Assembly (NCBI GenBank): GCA_002788805.1
Contig: PFRZ01000009.1
Span: 1,464 to 65,463 of the forward strand
Length of the DNA: 64,000 bases
Direction: 5' to 3'
Source of the DNA: Candidatus Roizmanbacteria bacterium CG_4_9_14_0_2_um_filter_35_15
GTDB taxonomy: Bacteria > Patescibacteriota > Microgenomatia > UBA1406 > GWC2-37-13
Shown here: positions 55,918 through 64,000 of the stretch, piece by piece
Layout of the letters: each line of letters starts with the position of its first letter
Position numbering within the stretch: position 1 is the first letter of the stretch
The notes under the pieces: model-generated
What the model saw: only the letters and a program-made list of their open reading frames with translations
Told to the model about the DNA's origin: nothing
The model's database searches: none
Position numbers and translations under genes: made by a program

Positions 55918-58226
55918 ACGATTCCCGCCAGTTCAACCTTTCCTCCGCAGTATTTAGTAATAATTTCAATTGATTCTTTTAAAGTTTTTTCTACTTGTTT
56001 TCTGGTTATCTCATAAATTCCATCAATGTTAATTAAAATATTTTTCGTTTCTTCAGTGACGGCAGTCCTCTGGGCGTCACGGTAGTTGAAATAAATATTG
56101 TATCCTCCGACTTGATCAAAGTAGGCGAGATCATTCGATTTATATTTAGTTGGTTCTTTATCTCCTAAGAGTAAAATTTCTTCATCATGTTTTGGAAATC
56201 TTAAAACAGTCGGGAATTGGATTTGATCAAGGTCAAAGGCACCCGAGGAAATATGATGTTTCATGACAATTAAATTATAGGCGTCAACACAGGTATTAAT
56301 TTCATAAAGACCTTTCTTAAGGGCAATCCTTCTTAAAAGTGCTTCGGGTGACGGTCTTTTAGAATGCCAGTCAAGACCCATTTCTTTGTATATTTTTCGA
56401 TAACTCTGAATTTCCGGATAACTTCCGATCATCTCATTAGTTAAGTTTTCTTGAGACTTAACAAATTCCTGAATTTCTTTCGCCAAACCAAGATCGTTTT
56501 TCTTTATTATTACTCCTTTTATAACCGCAATACCGATATTAAGCGAAGGATATTTTTCCAGCATTGATTTATCAATAGAAAAGATTTCCGGATTATTAAG
56601 AATCGGGAAGAGGTGAACAGTTTTTTCTTCTTTTGTTTTTTCGCTTTTATTAATAAGGCCAACTACTTTTTCCACCCCTAATTGTTTGATCAAATCCCCG
56701 GCTTTTGGCCCGTAAGGTTTTCCTGTCAAAGCATTATAGAAAGCATGAAACGCTTCTTTGGGTTTTACGTTGGTTTCTTTGATGGCATCGAAAATAAGTT
56801 GTTGAATTTGCTGTTTATCTTCGGTTTTTAATCTGTATAAATTATCAGCAAGTTTTTTAAGAAATTCTTTTTGCTTTGGAGACAATAGCAGCTTTGGTGC
56901 GGCCGCACCAGAGTTGTTATTCTGTTTTTTTCCAGCGTATTTTTCAAGATATATTCTTGCATATTTTATTCTTTCTTCAACAAGATTTTTTTCCTCTAAG
57001 GATAGGGAACTCCTCTTTTGGTTTTTAAAAAAATCTGAAACGTTTTTCTTATTCTCTAACAGATTAACCATCGTTCGGAAGCGAGGTAGGAATATTCGCG
57101 ACTTCGGGAGCGGTTTAACTTCAGATAACTCAATTATTCGGGCAAAGTCAAGCGTGACTTCTCCGGCTTTTCCTTTAGGCAACTTATTCTCAATTTTTAA
57201 AAAATAAGAGTTCATCAGTCTGTCATAGTCATCAAAGAGATTGAGGATAGTATCGCCATATGGATTAAAGTCAAGATGAGTTGAGATAGGAGTTCTAACT
57301 TGCATAAAACGGAAGACATCTGGTGGTAGGATAGAGGAAACTTCTTTAGCCGAGGAGCCGATTCCTTTAGAAGAAGACATTTTTCGTCCGCCAATGGTAA
57401 ACCATTCATAACCACCCATAGCATCAGGAGGTTCAATTTTAAGAATTTCTTTACAGAAATGAACGGCCATATCGTAAGATCCTCCGGAAGACATATGGTC
57501 TTTTCCTGATGATTCAATGGTAACGCCGATGACTTTCCAATGGGCCGGCCAGTCAAGCTTCCAAGGCAGTTTGCCGTTTTCCCTTGTTGGCTCTATCTTT
57601 CCTTCGTGACCGCAACCGCGAGCCCAGTCAACCATTTGCGGTTCACAGCGGTAATATACATATTTACCATCCCATTTGTAAGAATTGGTTGTGCCGATTT
57701 TTCCGCATTTTTCACATATCGGATTATAGGGAAACCAATTCGGGGGGCGTTCTTTTTTAACCACTCTTTTATAAGCGTCCCGAACAATATCGACCTTATC
57801 AAGAAACAATTTAATTATCTCATTCATTTTTCCGGACCGGTGAAGTTCTGATGACCAAATAATTTGCGGGTGGCAGTTGATGGAATTGAAAACTCCAATA
57901 AATTCTTTTGCGTAATAATCAGCAAAAGATTTAAATCCTAGCTTAGGCGAGGGGATTTTGTACAATGGCTGGCCCATATATTTGCCCCATTTATTTTTAT
58001 CTAAATAAGCAGGCATTCCATCCATCGGATCCATGTCATTAAAAACATAGGAGAATTTTGCCTTAACGCCGATTTCTTTGAGAGCTTTGTAGATTAAATC
58101 GTGGACGATGACACCCCGGAGAGAGCCAACGTGAATCCTTCCCGAAGGCGTCTTCATATCATCGACCCACTCAAGAGAAAAATGACGTTCTTTAAGTCTT
58201 TTTGCTTCGCGGTCTGCCCAGATCAT
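55914..58226 (-). CDS. lysS: Class I lysyl-tRNA synthetase fused to a C-terminal B3/4 (PheRS-beta editing-like) domain
   Basis: TPSGRIHVGS (HIGH), Cys pairs, GKLPWKLDWP, GKDH, KMSSSKG; last ~225 aa carry RPSPEALLRR, INTCVDAYN, GAFDLD. Confidence 0.92.
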   Translation of the reverse strand: MIWADREAKRLKERHFSLEWVDDMKTPSGRIHVGSLRGVIVHDLIYKALKEIGVKAKFSYVFNDMDPMDGMPAYLDKNKWGKYMGQPLYKIPSPKLGFKSFADYYAKEFIGVFNSINCHPQIIWSSELHRSGKMNEIIKLFLDKVDIVRDAYKRVVKKERPPNWFPYNPICEKCGKIGTTNSYKWDGKYVYYRCEPQMVDWARGCGHEGKIEPTRENGKLPWKLDWPAHWKVIGVTIESSGKDHMSSGGSYDMAVHFCKEILKIEPPDAMGGYEWFTIGGRKMSSSKGIGSSAKEVSSILPPDVFRFMQVRTPISTHLDFNPYGDTILNLFDDYDRLMNSYFLKIENKLPKGKAGEVTLDFARIIELSEVKPLPKSRIFLPRFRTMVNLLENKKNVSDFFKNQKRSSLSLEEKNLVEERIKYARIYLEKYAGKKQNNNSGAAAPKLLLSPKQKEFLKKLADNLYRLKTEDKQQIQQLIFDAIKETNVKPKEAFHAFYNALTGKPYGPKAGDLIKQLGVEKVVGLINKSEKTKEEKTVHLFPILNNPEIFSIDKSMLEKYPSLNIGIAVIKGVIIKKNDLGLAKEIQEFVKSQENLTNEMIGSYPEIQSYRKIYKEMGLDWHSKRPSPEALLRRIALKKGLYEINTCVDAYNLIVMKHHISSGAFDLDQIQFPTVLRFPKHDEEILLLGDKEPTKYKSNDLAYFDQVGGYNIYFNYRDAQRTAVTEETKNILINIDGIYEITRKQVEKTLKESIEIITKYCGGKVELAGIV

Positions 58227-58260
58227 AAGATTAGTGAATGGTTAATTATTTAATTCTAAT

Positions 58261-59553
58261 TTATTTTTTTCGTCGTTGATGACGAACAAGATTTTTCGGT
58301 ACAATATTAATTGTATTTGAGTCTGACAATAATTCACTAACACCTATTATATTTTTCTGGTCATTAGGGTCAATGTACTTTTCAATATTTGCCGGTGGTT
58401 CATAGGTATAGTTTGACGGTTCAGTGTAATTGCAGATGAGTCCTTCATAATTTCTTAATACCCATTTACTATGACCCTGGGACAAGACATAGTTCGGCAT
58501 TAATGGTATTTTTCCACCACCACCGATTCCGTCAATACAAAAGACAGGAACGGCAAAACCACTGGTATGGCCCCGAAGATATTCGATAATTTCGATTCCC
58601 TCGGAGACTCGAGTGCGAAAATGTTCAATTCCTTGGCTAAGGTCGCATTGATAGATGTAATAAGGTCGAACGCGGTTAGCAACTAGTAGCTTAACCAGAT
58701 TTTTCATCACTAACGGATGATTATTGACTCTTCGTAGTAAAACAGACTGGTTACCTAAAGGAATCCCGGCATCAGCTAATAGATTACAAGCTTTGGCTGA
58801 TAGATCAGTTATCTCTTTTGGATGATTAAAATGAGTATTAATCCACAAAGGATGATATTTTTTCAACATCTGACAAAGATCATCGGTAATTCGCATCGGG
58901 CAGGTAACTGGTACTCTTGTGCCGATTCTTATTATTTCTACATGCTTAATTTCACGGAAAAGTTTGATGATTTTTTCCAAGTAATCGGTTGGTAAAGTCA
59001 AAGGATCGCCGCCGGAGATAAGAATGTCGCGGACGGTTTTAGTTTTTTTTACATACTCGGCCGCTTTTAAAATTTTTAGCCAAGGAGTTGGTAGATCAGT
59101 TTCGCCGGCGTGTCTTCGTCTGGTGCAGTGGCGGCAGTACATGGCACATTGGTAAGTAACATAGATAATTAATCTGTCTGGATAGCGATGAGTTAAAACT
59201 CCTTCGAGTCCTTTTACTGGGCAATCTTCTTCTTCATGAAGAGGGTCGGAAAAATCGCTTTTGGAAATATTGGTTTCTGAAATAGTCGGTACAGCCTGTA
59301 ATTTGATTGGGCAAAATTTATCATTGATATCAATTTGCGAAAGGTAATAAGGAGTAATCGCCATTCGTAAGATCTTTAATGATCTTTGAATAGTTTTAGT
59401 CTCTTTATCAGTCAGATATAGAATTTTTTGTAAAATTTTAGGTTCAGTAACACGATTTTTAATTTGCCATCGATAGTCTAACCAATCCTTATCGAAAACC
59501 TTTTTCCAATAACTGTTTTTTTTTGCTTTTTGAAAAAAACGAAATTTATCCAT
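58261..59553 (-). CDS. kamA: Lysine 2,3-aminomutase (KamA-type radical SAM/PLP enzyme)
   Basis: DPL.E, THRYPDR, CAMYCRHCTRR, SGGDPL, THFNHP.E, NQSVLL, PYYIYQCD, GGGGK; ATG at 59553. Confidence 0.92.
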   Translation of the reverse strand: MDKFRFFQKAKKNSYWKKVFDKDWLDYRWQIKNRVTEPKILQKILYLTDKETKTIQRSLKILRMAITPYYLSQIDINDKFCPIKLQAVPTISETNISKSDFSDPLHEEEDCPVKGLEGVLTHRYPDRLIIYVTYQCAMYCRHCTRRRHAGETDLPTPWLKILKAAEYVKKTKTVRDILISGGDPLTLPTDYLEKIIKLFREIKHVEIIRIGTRVPVTCPMRITDDLCQMLKKYHPLWINTHFNHPKEITDLSAKACNLLADAGIPLGNQSVLLRRVNNHPLVMKNLVKLLVANRVRPYYIYQCDLSQGIEHFRTRVSEGIEIIEYLRGHTSGFAVPVFCIDGIGGGGKIPLMPNYVLSQGHSKWVLRNYEGLICNYTEPSNYTYEPPANIEKYIDPNDQKNIIGVSELLSDSNTINIVPKNLVRHQRRKK

Positions 59554-59563
59554 AGATAATAAA

Positions 59564-60220
59564 TTATAAACAAATAATAGAATTATTATCAGCAGTATCA
59601 AATATATATTCTCCGATCGGCTCGGAAGAAATTAAAGACAAACTGCTTACTTTAAAATATCTTATTTTATAGTATTCTGGATGTTTTGTGAAAAAAGAAA
59701 AAGTATAGATATTTTTTCCATCGGATAAACCAATATTAAGAGCCTGAATTTCTTTAGAATTCTTTTTAAGAATGTCTCCCACTTTTTCTAAAGCTTCACT
59801 TGGTTTTTTTGATCGGAGATTTTTTTTAAGTAAAAACCAGATTTTTTCTGCTCCAATTTTTCCCGGAATAGAAAGGGAAACTTTTTTCAAAAGTCCGTTA
59901 AAAACAAATATATAATCATTACTAAGATAGGGTTGATTAAACTGGATATTATTTTTATGATGGGGAAAAGAAGCGCTTCGAACATGAATGGAAAATAAAT
60001 TTGTTTTTGGAAAGTTTTGAAAAGTACTTCTGTCTTGCCAAATAGGCTTTATTGATCGATAGAGTTTCCATGAACTATTCTCATACCAGGAAAATCCCCA
60101 GCCATCCCCTTGCCAGTCGCCATCATAAGTTTTGTTTTTTTGTGCCATGATAGAAAATTGTTCAAGAATCGTTTTTGGTTTGATTGGATTTTCTGATTTT
60201 GCTAAAAGAAATCTACACAT
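59564..60220 (-). CDS. Class II glutamine amidotransferase-like Ntn hydrolase (EgtC/YafJ-like)
   Basis: N-terminal MCR nucleophile, DGWG, HVRSAS, NQP, FNG. Confidence 0.85.
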   Translation of the reverse strand: MCRFLLAKSENPIKPKTILEQFSIMAQKNKTYDGDWQGDGWGFSWYENSSWKLYRSIKPIWQDRSTFQNFPKTNLFSIHVRSASFPHHKNNIQFNQPYLSNDYIFVFNGLLKKVSLSIPGKIGAEKIWFLLKKNLRSKKPSEALEKVGDILKKNSKEIQALNIGLSDGKNIYTFSFFTKHPEYYKIRYFKVSSLSLISSEPIGEYIFDTADNNSIICL

Positions 60221-60252
60221 AAAAAGAAATATTAAATATTAAAAATCAAATA

Positions 60253-61416
60253 TCAAAAATTCTCAAAAATCTTTATTAATTTCTCAATTACCAGGTCGAT
60301 ATGTTTTATTTCGATAACGAAAGGTGGTAGAAAACGAACTATGGTATCACCGGCGGGAATCGCCAATATTTTTTCTCCCTGCAGTTTTTTCAGTAAATTA
60401 TTCCGATCTATTTTAACATCGAGACCAATCATCAATCCTTGACCTCGGACATCACTGATTGACGAAGATTTAATTTTTTTTAGTTCCTTAATAAAATAGG
60501 ACCCCATTTCCGTTACATGTTTTAGTATTTTATTATCGATTTTATTTAATGTTGCTATGATACCCGCACTTGCTAAAGGATTTCCTCCAAATGTTGACGT
60601 ATGGAGACCCTTAAAAATAACAGCGGAAACTTTATTATTAATAAGAGTAGCGCCAACAGGAATTCCGCCGGCCAATCCTTTGCCCAAAGTTAGAATATCA
60701 GCCTCAATACCTGATTTTTGCGAACACAAAAAACTTCCGGCTCTTCCCATTCCAGTTTGAACCTCGTCAATTATAAGAATAACTCCGTGTTTATCACATA
60801 TTTGTCTGACTTTCTTTAAATAATTTTTATCAGGAACATATATTCCACCCTCGCCTTGTATAGGTTCAACGATAAAAGCGGCCGTATTTTTATCAATCGC
60901 TTTTTCCAGCGCTTCGGGATTATCGTAAGGGATAAACTCAACCTGCCAGAGAAGAGGAAGAAATGGTTTGCGGTATTTTTCCCCATAAGTTACTGACAGG
61001 GCTCCTAGAGTTTTTCCATGATAACCATGATCGCAGGCAATAATTTTCTTTTTTCCGGTGACAGCCACTGCAAATTTCAAGGCCGCTTCATTGGCTTCGG
61101 CTCCAGAGTTTGACCAATAAACATATTGATATAATGGACCGCATCTTTTTATAAGAAGTTCTGATGCTTCGGCCCGTTTATCGTTATTAAAGCTTCCATG
61201 CAAAGTCGTAATGAGTTTAAGTTGCTGTTCTAGTTGTTCGGTAATTTCTTTATTGGCATGGCCAAAAATACTAACACCATAATTACTCATCATATCCAAA
61301 TATCTGTTTCCGGTTTCATCATATAAATAAATTCCTTGTCCCTTAACAAAAGTGACTCCTCGGTTGACATAAGTATTGACGATATATTTTTGTTGAAGAA
61401 ATTGATAATTTTTCAT
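60253..61416 (-). CDS. lysJ: [LysW]-aminoadipate-semialdehyde transaminase (LysJ/ArgD family)
   Basis: NSGAEANE, YHGKT, EPIQGEGG, DEVQTG, LGKGLAGG, STFGGNP; operon context. Confidence 0.82.
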   Translation of the reverse strand: MKNYQFLQQKYIVNTYVNRGVTFVKGQGIYLYDETGNRYLDMMSNYGVSIFGHANKEITEQLEQQLKLITTLHGSFNNDKRAEASELLIKRCGPLYQYVYWSNSGAEANEAALKFAVAVTGKKKIIACDHGYHGKTLGALSVTYGEKYRKPFLPLLWQVEFIPYDNPEALEKAIDKNTAAFIVEPIQGEGGIYVPDKNYLKKVRQICDKHGVILIIDEVQTGMGRAGSFLCSQKSGIEADILTLGKGLAGGIPVGATLINNKVSAVIFKGLHTSTFGGNPLASAGIIATLNKIDNKILKHVTEMGSYFIKELKKIKSSSISDVRGQGLMIGLDVKIDRNNLLKKLQGEKILAIPAGDTIVRFLPPFVIEIKHIDLVIEKLIKIFENF

Positions 61417-61425
61417 AAATAAAAA

Positions 61426-62226
61426 TTAACTAATAATTGTTCCTCGGCCATTAATAGCTTCTATAATAGGATGTTTTATCCGGCCGTCCGACCAATACAT
61501 TGTTTTTAAACCTAAGCGGAAAGCCTCTTTAGCACCAAGAATTTTTTTCTTCATTCGGCCTTGAGCGAAAGACATATCTTGATCGAGTTTATTTTTATCG
61601 ACTGTTTTTACCAGAGATGATTCATCGCCGAATTCTCTTAAGAGACCCGGAGCTTCAAATAGGACAACCATTGATTTAATTTTTAAAGCGCCTGCCATAA
61701 CTGCCGTTGCCCAATCATTGTCCGTATTAATGATTTGTTTTTCTTCATCCATTGCCGGAGGGGAAATCACAGGAATATATTTATTTTCCAAAAGCAAATT
61801 AATAAGATTTATATTTACTTTATCAACTTTACCGGTCATGTTATTAGTAATCAATTTTATTTTGTTTCCTTCTTTGGAATAGACCGCTTTTTTCCGTTTT
61901 CCTGTCCACAATAGTCCATCAATCCCTGACAACCCCACAGCATTAATTCCATAAGATTGAAGTTTGGCAACAATTTTTTTATTGACAAGACCGGGATAGA
62001 TCATAAGAAAAACATCGATCGCATTTTTGTCAGTATATACGCTACTAATTCCGGTTGGAGAAGTTATGATTTTTGTTGGGGTTTTTAGTTTTTTGGCAAT
62101 TTCATCCCGGGTTTGACTGGCGCCATGAACGATAATGACTCGTTCTTTTTTTTGAAGATAAACAACGTCTTCAGCGATAAAATCCCAGTTTATTGTTTTT
62201 CCGCCGCCAACTTTGATAATGATCAT
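61426..62226 (-). CDS. lysZ: [LysW]-aminoadipate kinase (LysZ/ArgB family)
   Basis: IIKVGG, VHG, SP.G..S.YTD, GLSGIDG, NTDND, GRMKKK. Confidence 0.87.
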   Translation of the reverse strand: MIIIKVGGGKTINWDFIAEDVVYLQKKERVIIVHGASQTRDEIAKKLKTPTKIITSPTGISSVYTDKNAIDVFLMIYPGLVNKKIVAKLQSYGINAVGLSGIDGLLWTGKRKKAVYSKEGNKIKLITNNMTGKVDKVNINLINLLLENKYIPVISPPAMDEEKQIINTDNDWATAVMAGALKIKSMVVLFEAPGLLREFGDESSLVKTVDKNKLDQDMSFAQGRMKKKILGAKEAFRLGLKTMYWSDGRIKHPIIEAINGRGTIIS

Positions 62227-62231
62227 AGTAT

Positions 62232-63272
62232 TTATATTGGATGTAGTCCTGGAAATTCTAACCCCATTGTTTCAGGTAAGTCATACATAATATTCATAGC
62301 TTGGACAGCCTGACCGGCGGTTCCTTTGACTAAATTATCAATTGCTCCAATAACTACTAACCGTTTGGTAACATTATCCATCTCAAATCCAATATCACAG
62401 TAATTAGTTCCCTGAAGAATTTTCGGTTCGGGAAATCGATAGAGTCCTTGTTTTTCTTTTACGATTCTTATAAACGGTTCGTTTCCATATTCGGCTCGAT
62501 AAGCTTTCCAAACCTCTTTTTCCGTTACCCCACTTTTCGGAGTGGTGTGTATCGTAACCAAAAGCCCTCTAACAATGTCTATGGCGGTAGCCGAAATTGC
62601 CACGTCAAAATTTTCAGCAAAAGGGGATAGTTCCTGAATGATTTCAGCAGTATGACGATGGCCAGAAGGCATATAAGATCGAACCACTCCGGAACGTTCA
62701 GGGTGATGTGAGGAAAGAGACGGCTTTAAACCAGCTTGAGAACTACTCATTTTAGCGTCAATGATAATTTTTTCTTCAATAAGATTATGTTTGACCAAAG
62801 GATAAAGCGAAAGGATTGAAACGGTTGCCTCACAGCCAGCACAGGCAATATAGGAAGATTTTTTAATTTCTTCTCGGTGAAGTTCTGCAATTCCATAGAT
62901 AAATTTTTTTAACATTTCCGGATTTTGATGTTTTTGTTTATACCAATTTTCAAATATTTCTTTTTTACGCAATCGATAGTCAGCTCCCAAGTCAACAATT
63001 TTTTTTGATAAGATTTTTAATTTATTCATATATTTCATCGATTCGCCATTAGGCAAAGCAACAAAAAGGATGTCACATTTTTTCAGCTCAATTGGATTAG
63101 AAAATACCAAATCAGTTTTTTTCCTCAAATTAGGATGAACCTGTGAAACCATCTGCCCGGCGAACTGCCTAGAAGTTGCCTGTTTAATAGTAACTTTTGG
63201 GTGTGATAATAAAATACGGAGGATCTCTCCCCCTGCATATCCAGACGCTCCGTATATCGATGCTTTAATCAT
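62232..63272 (-). CDS. lysY: [LysW]-aminoadipyl-phosphate reductase (LysY/ArgC family)
   Basis: GASGYAGGE, HPNLR, GC catalytic motif, HPERS, HRHTAEI, IDNLVKGTAG.A. Confidence 0.87.
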   Translation of the reverse strand: MIKASIYGASGYAGGEILRILLSHPKVTIKQATSRQFAGQMVSQVHPNLRKKTDLVFSNPIELKKCDILFVALPNGESMKYMNKLKILSKKIVDLGADYRLRKKEIFENWYKQKHQNPEMLKKFIYGIAELHREEIKKSSYIACAGCEATVSILSLYPLVKHNLIEEKIIIDAKMSSSQAGLKPSLSSHHPERSGVVRSYMPSGHRHTAEIIQELSPFAENFDVAISATAIDIVRGLLVTIHTTPKSGVTEKEVWKAYRAEYGNEPFIRIVKEKQGLYRFPEPKILQGTNYCDIGFEMDNVTKRLVVIGAIDNLVKGTAGQAVQAMNIMYDLPETMGLEFPGLHPI

Positions 63273-64000
63273 AGGTTTTTTACAACTTTTACACAGTAAT
63301 CCAGAATCGCTCCTGAAATACTGGTTTTAGTTGGTTTTTCAGAATTTTTAAATTCAGTCGTATGGTTTATTTCGTTAATCTGTAAACCATCATTAGTCTC
63401 AAATATATCCGTAGATAAAATCCCGTCGCCAACAGCGTCACTAGCTTTTTTTGATATATCAGCAATTTCTCTAGTAACAGGACAGTTGCTGGTCACTCCA
63501 CCTCTGGCGGTATTAGTAATCCAATGAAGTGAATCTCGGTATATAGCACAAATGGTTTGCCCGTCAATAACAAAAGCTCTTATATCTCGTCCCGCTTTCT
63601 TAATATATTGTTGAATATAAAATGATTTCTGCTGAGGAGAACCTAAGACATCTTTGTGTTCCAAGATTGCTTCAAGAGCATCAATATCATTAATTTTTGC
63701 TAATAATCTTCCCCAGGAACCCAATGGCGGTTTGATGACGACCGGAAATCCACCCATTTTTTTGATAGCTTTGACGGCCTGAGTTGAATTAAATACCATA
63801 GCAAAATCGGGCGTGGGAATATTGGCTTTTTGCAAGGCAAGTGAAGTTACAAATTTATCCTCACAGATTGCAGCAACTGATGAATTATTAATGACTTTGA
63901 TTCCAATAGACTCAAAAAAATGAGTAGCATTATTGCCTTTTACGGTTGATACACAACGTTGAAGTGCCACATCAAAGTTGCATTGATAAGTTTTTCGATT
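63269..64000 (-). CDS. lysX: LysX-type ATP-grasp amino acid--LysW ligase (5' end beyond the window)
   Basis: VIKPPLGSWGRL, RDIR, AIYR..HWITNTARGG, EINHTTEFKNS; frame is open to 64000. Confidence 0.88.
   Translation of the reverse strand, partial: NRKTYQCNFDVALQRCVSTVKGNNATHFFESIGIKVINNSSVAAICEDKFVTSLALQKANIPTPDFAMVFNSTQAVKAIKKMGGFPVVIKPPLGSWGRLLAKINDIDALEAILEHKDVLGSPQQKSFYIQQYIKKAGRDIRAFVIDGQTICAIYRDSLHWITNTARGGVTSNCPVTREIADISKKASDAVGDGILSTDIFETNDGLQINEINHTTEFKNSEKPTKTSISGAILDYCVKVVKNL

Noticed and set aside
58261..59601. kamA as EpmB or glutamate 2,3-aminomutase; ORF-track start at 59601
   Set aside because: Length (~430 aa) and motifs fit clostridial-type KamA, the lysine-binding Asp positions are kept, and no efp/epmA is adjacent; 59601 overlaps the upstream gene, so ATG 59553 is preferred
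1..64000. Alternative genetic code (UGA=Gly) as in Gracilibacteria/Absconditabacteria
   Set aside because: TGA terminates tuf, infA and rpmJ at their expected ends, and long ORFs are intact under code 11
1..64000. tRNA or rRNA genes
   Set aside because: No cloverleaf or rRNA-like segments seen; intergenic gaps are short and otherwise explained

Overview
AT-rich bacterial chromosomal window using genetic code 11 (TGA ends conserved genes such as tuf and infA). Gene content points to a Patescibacteria/CPR genome, probably Microgenomates-like; this is inferred from the missing uL30 in the spc block, DUF4012, PilN/PilO, sortase and class I LysRS. In order it holds: an FMN-riboswitch-controlled ECF transporter; glycosyltransferases; a REP-flanked RAYT transposase with a GT2 passenger; a UvrD-nuclease fusion; tuf plus a rearranged S10-spc-alpha r-protein superoperon (rpsS moved next to rpsN, rpmG inserted after secY, Adk fused to a second kinase); a surface-polysaccharide cluster; recO, glyS and rpsT; pilus and sortase-substrate genes; cell-wall genes; serS, rdgB and a guaB-like gene. 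The right end is the most notable part: a tight minus-strand operon lysX-lysY-lysZ-lysJ, an Ntn-hydrolase (no lysK in view), lysine 2,3-aminomutase, and a class I LysRS fused to a B3/4 editing-like domain. This is a candidate LysW-carrier lysine/beta-lysine pathway with built-in tRNA quality control. The window also carries several families of 7-9-nt-periodic and palindromic dispersed elements at gene junctions and inside ORFs.
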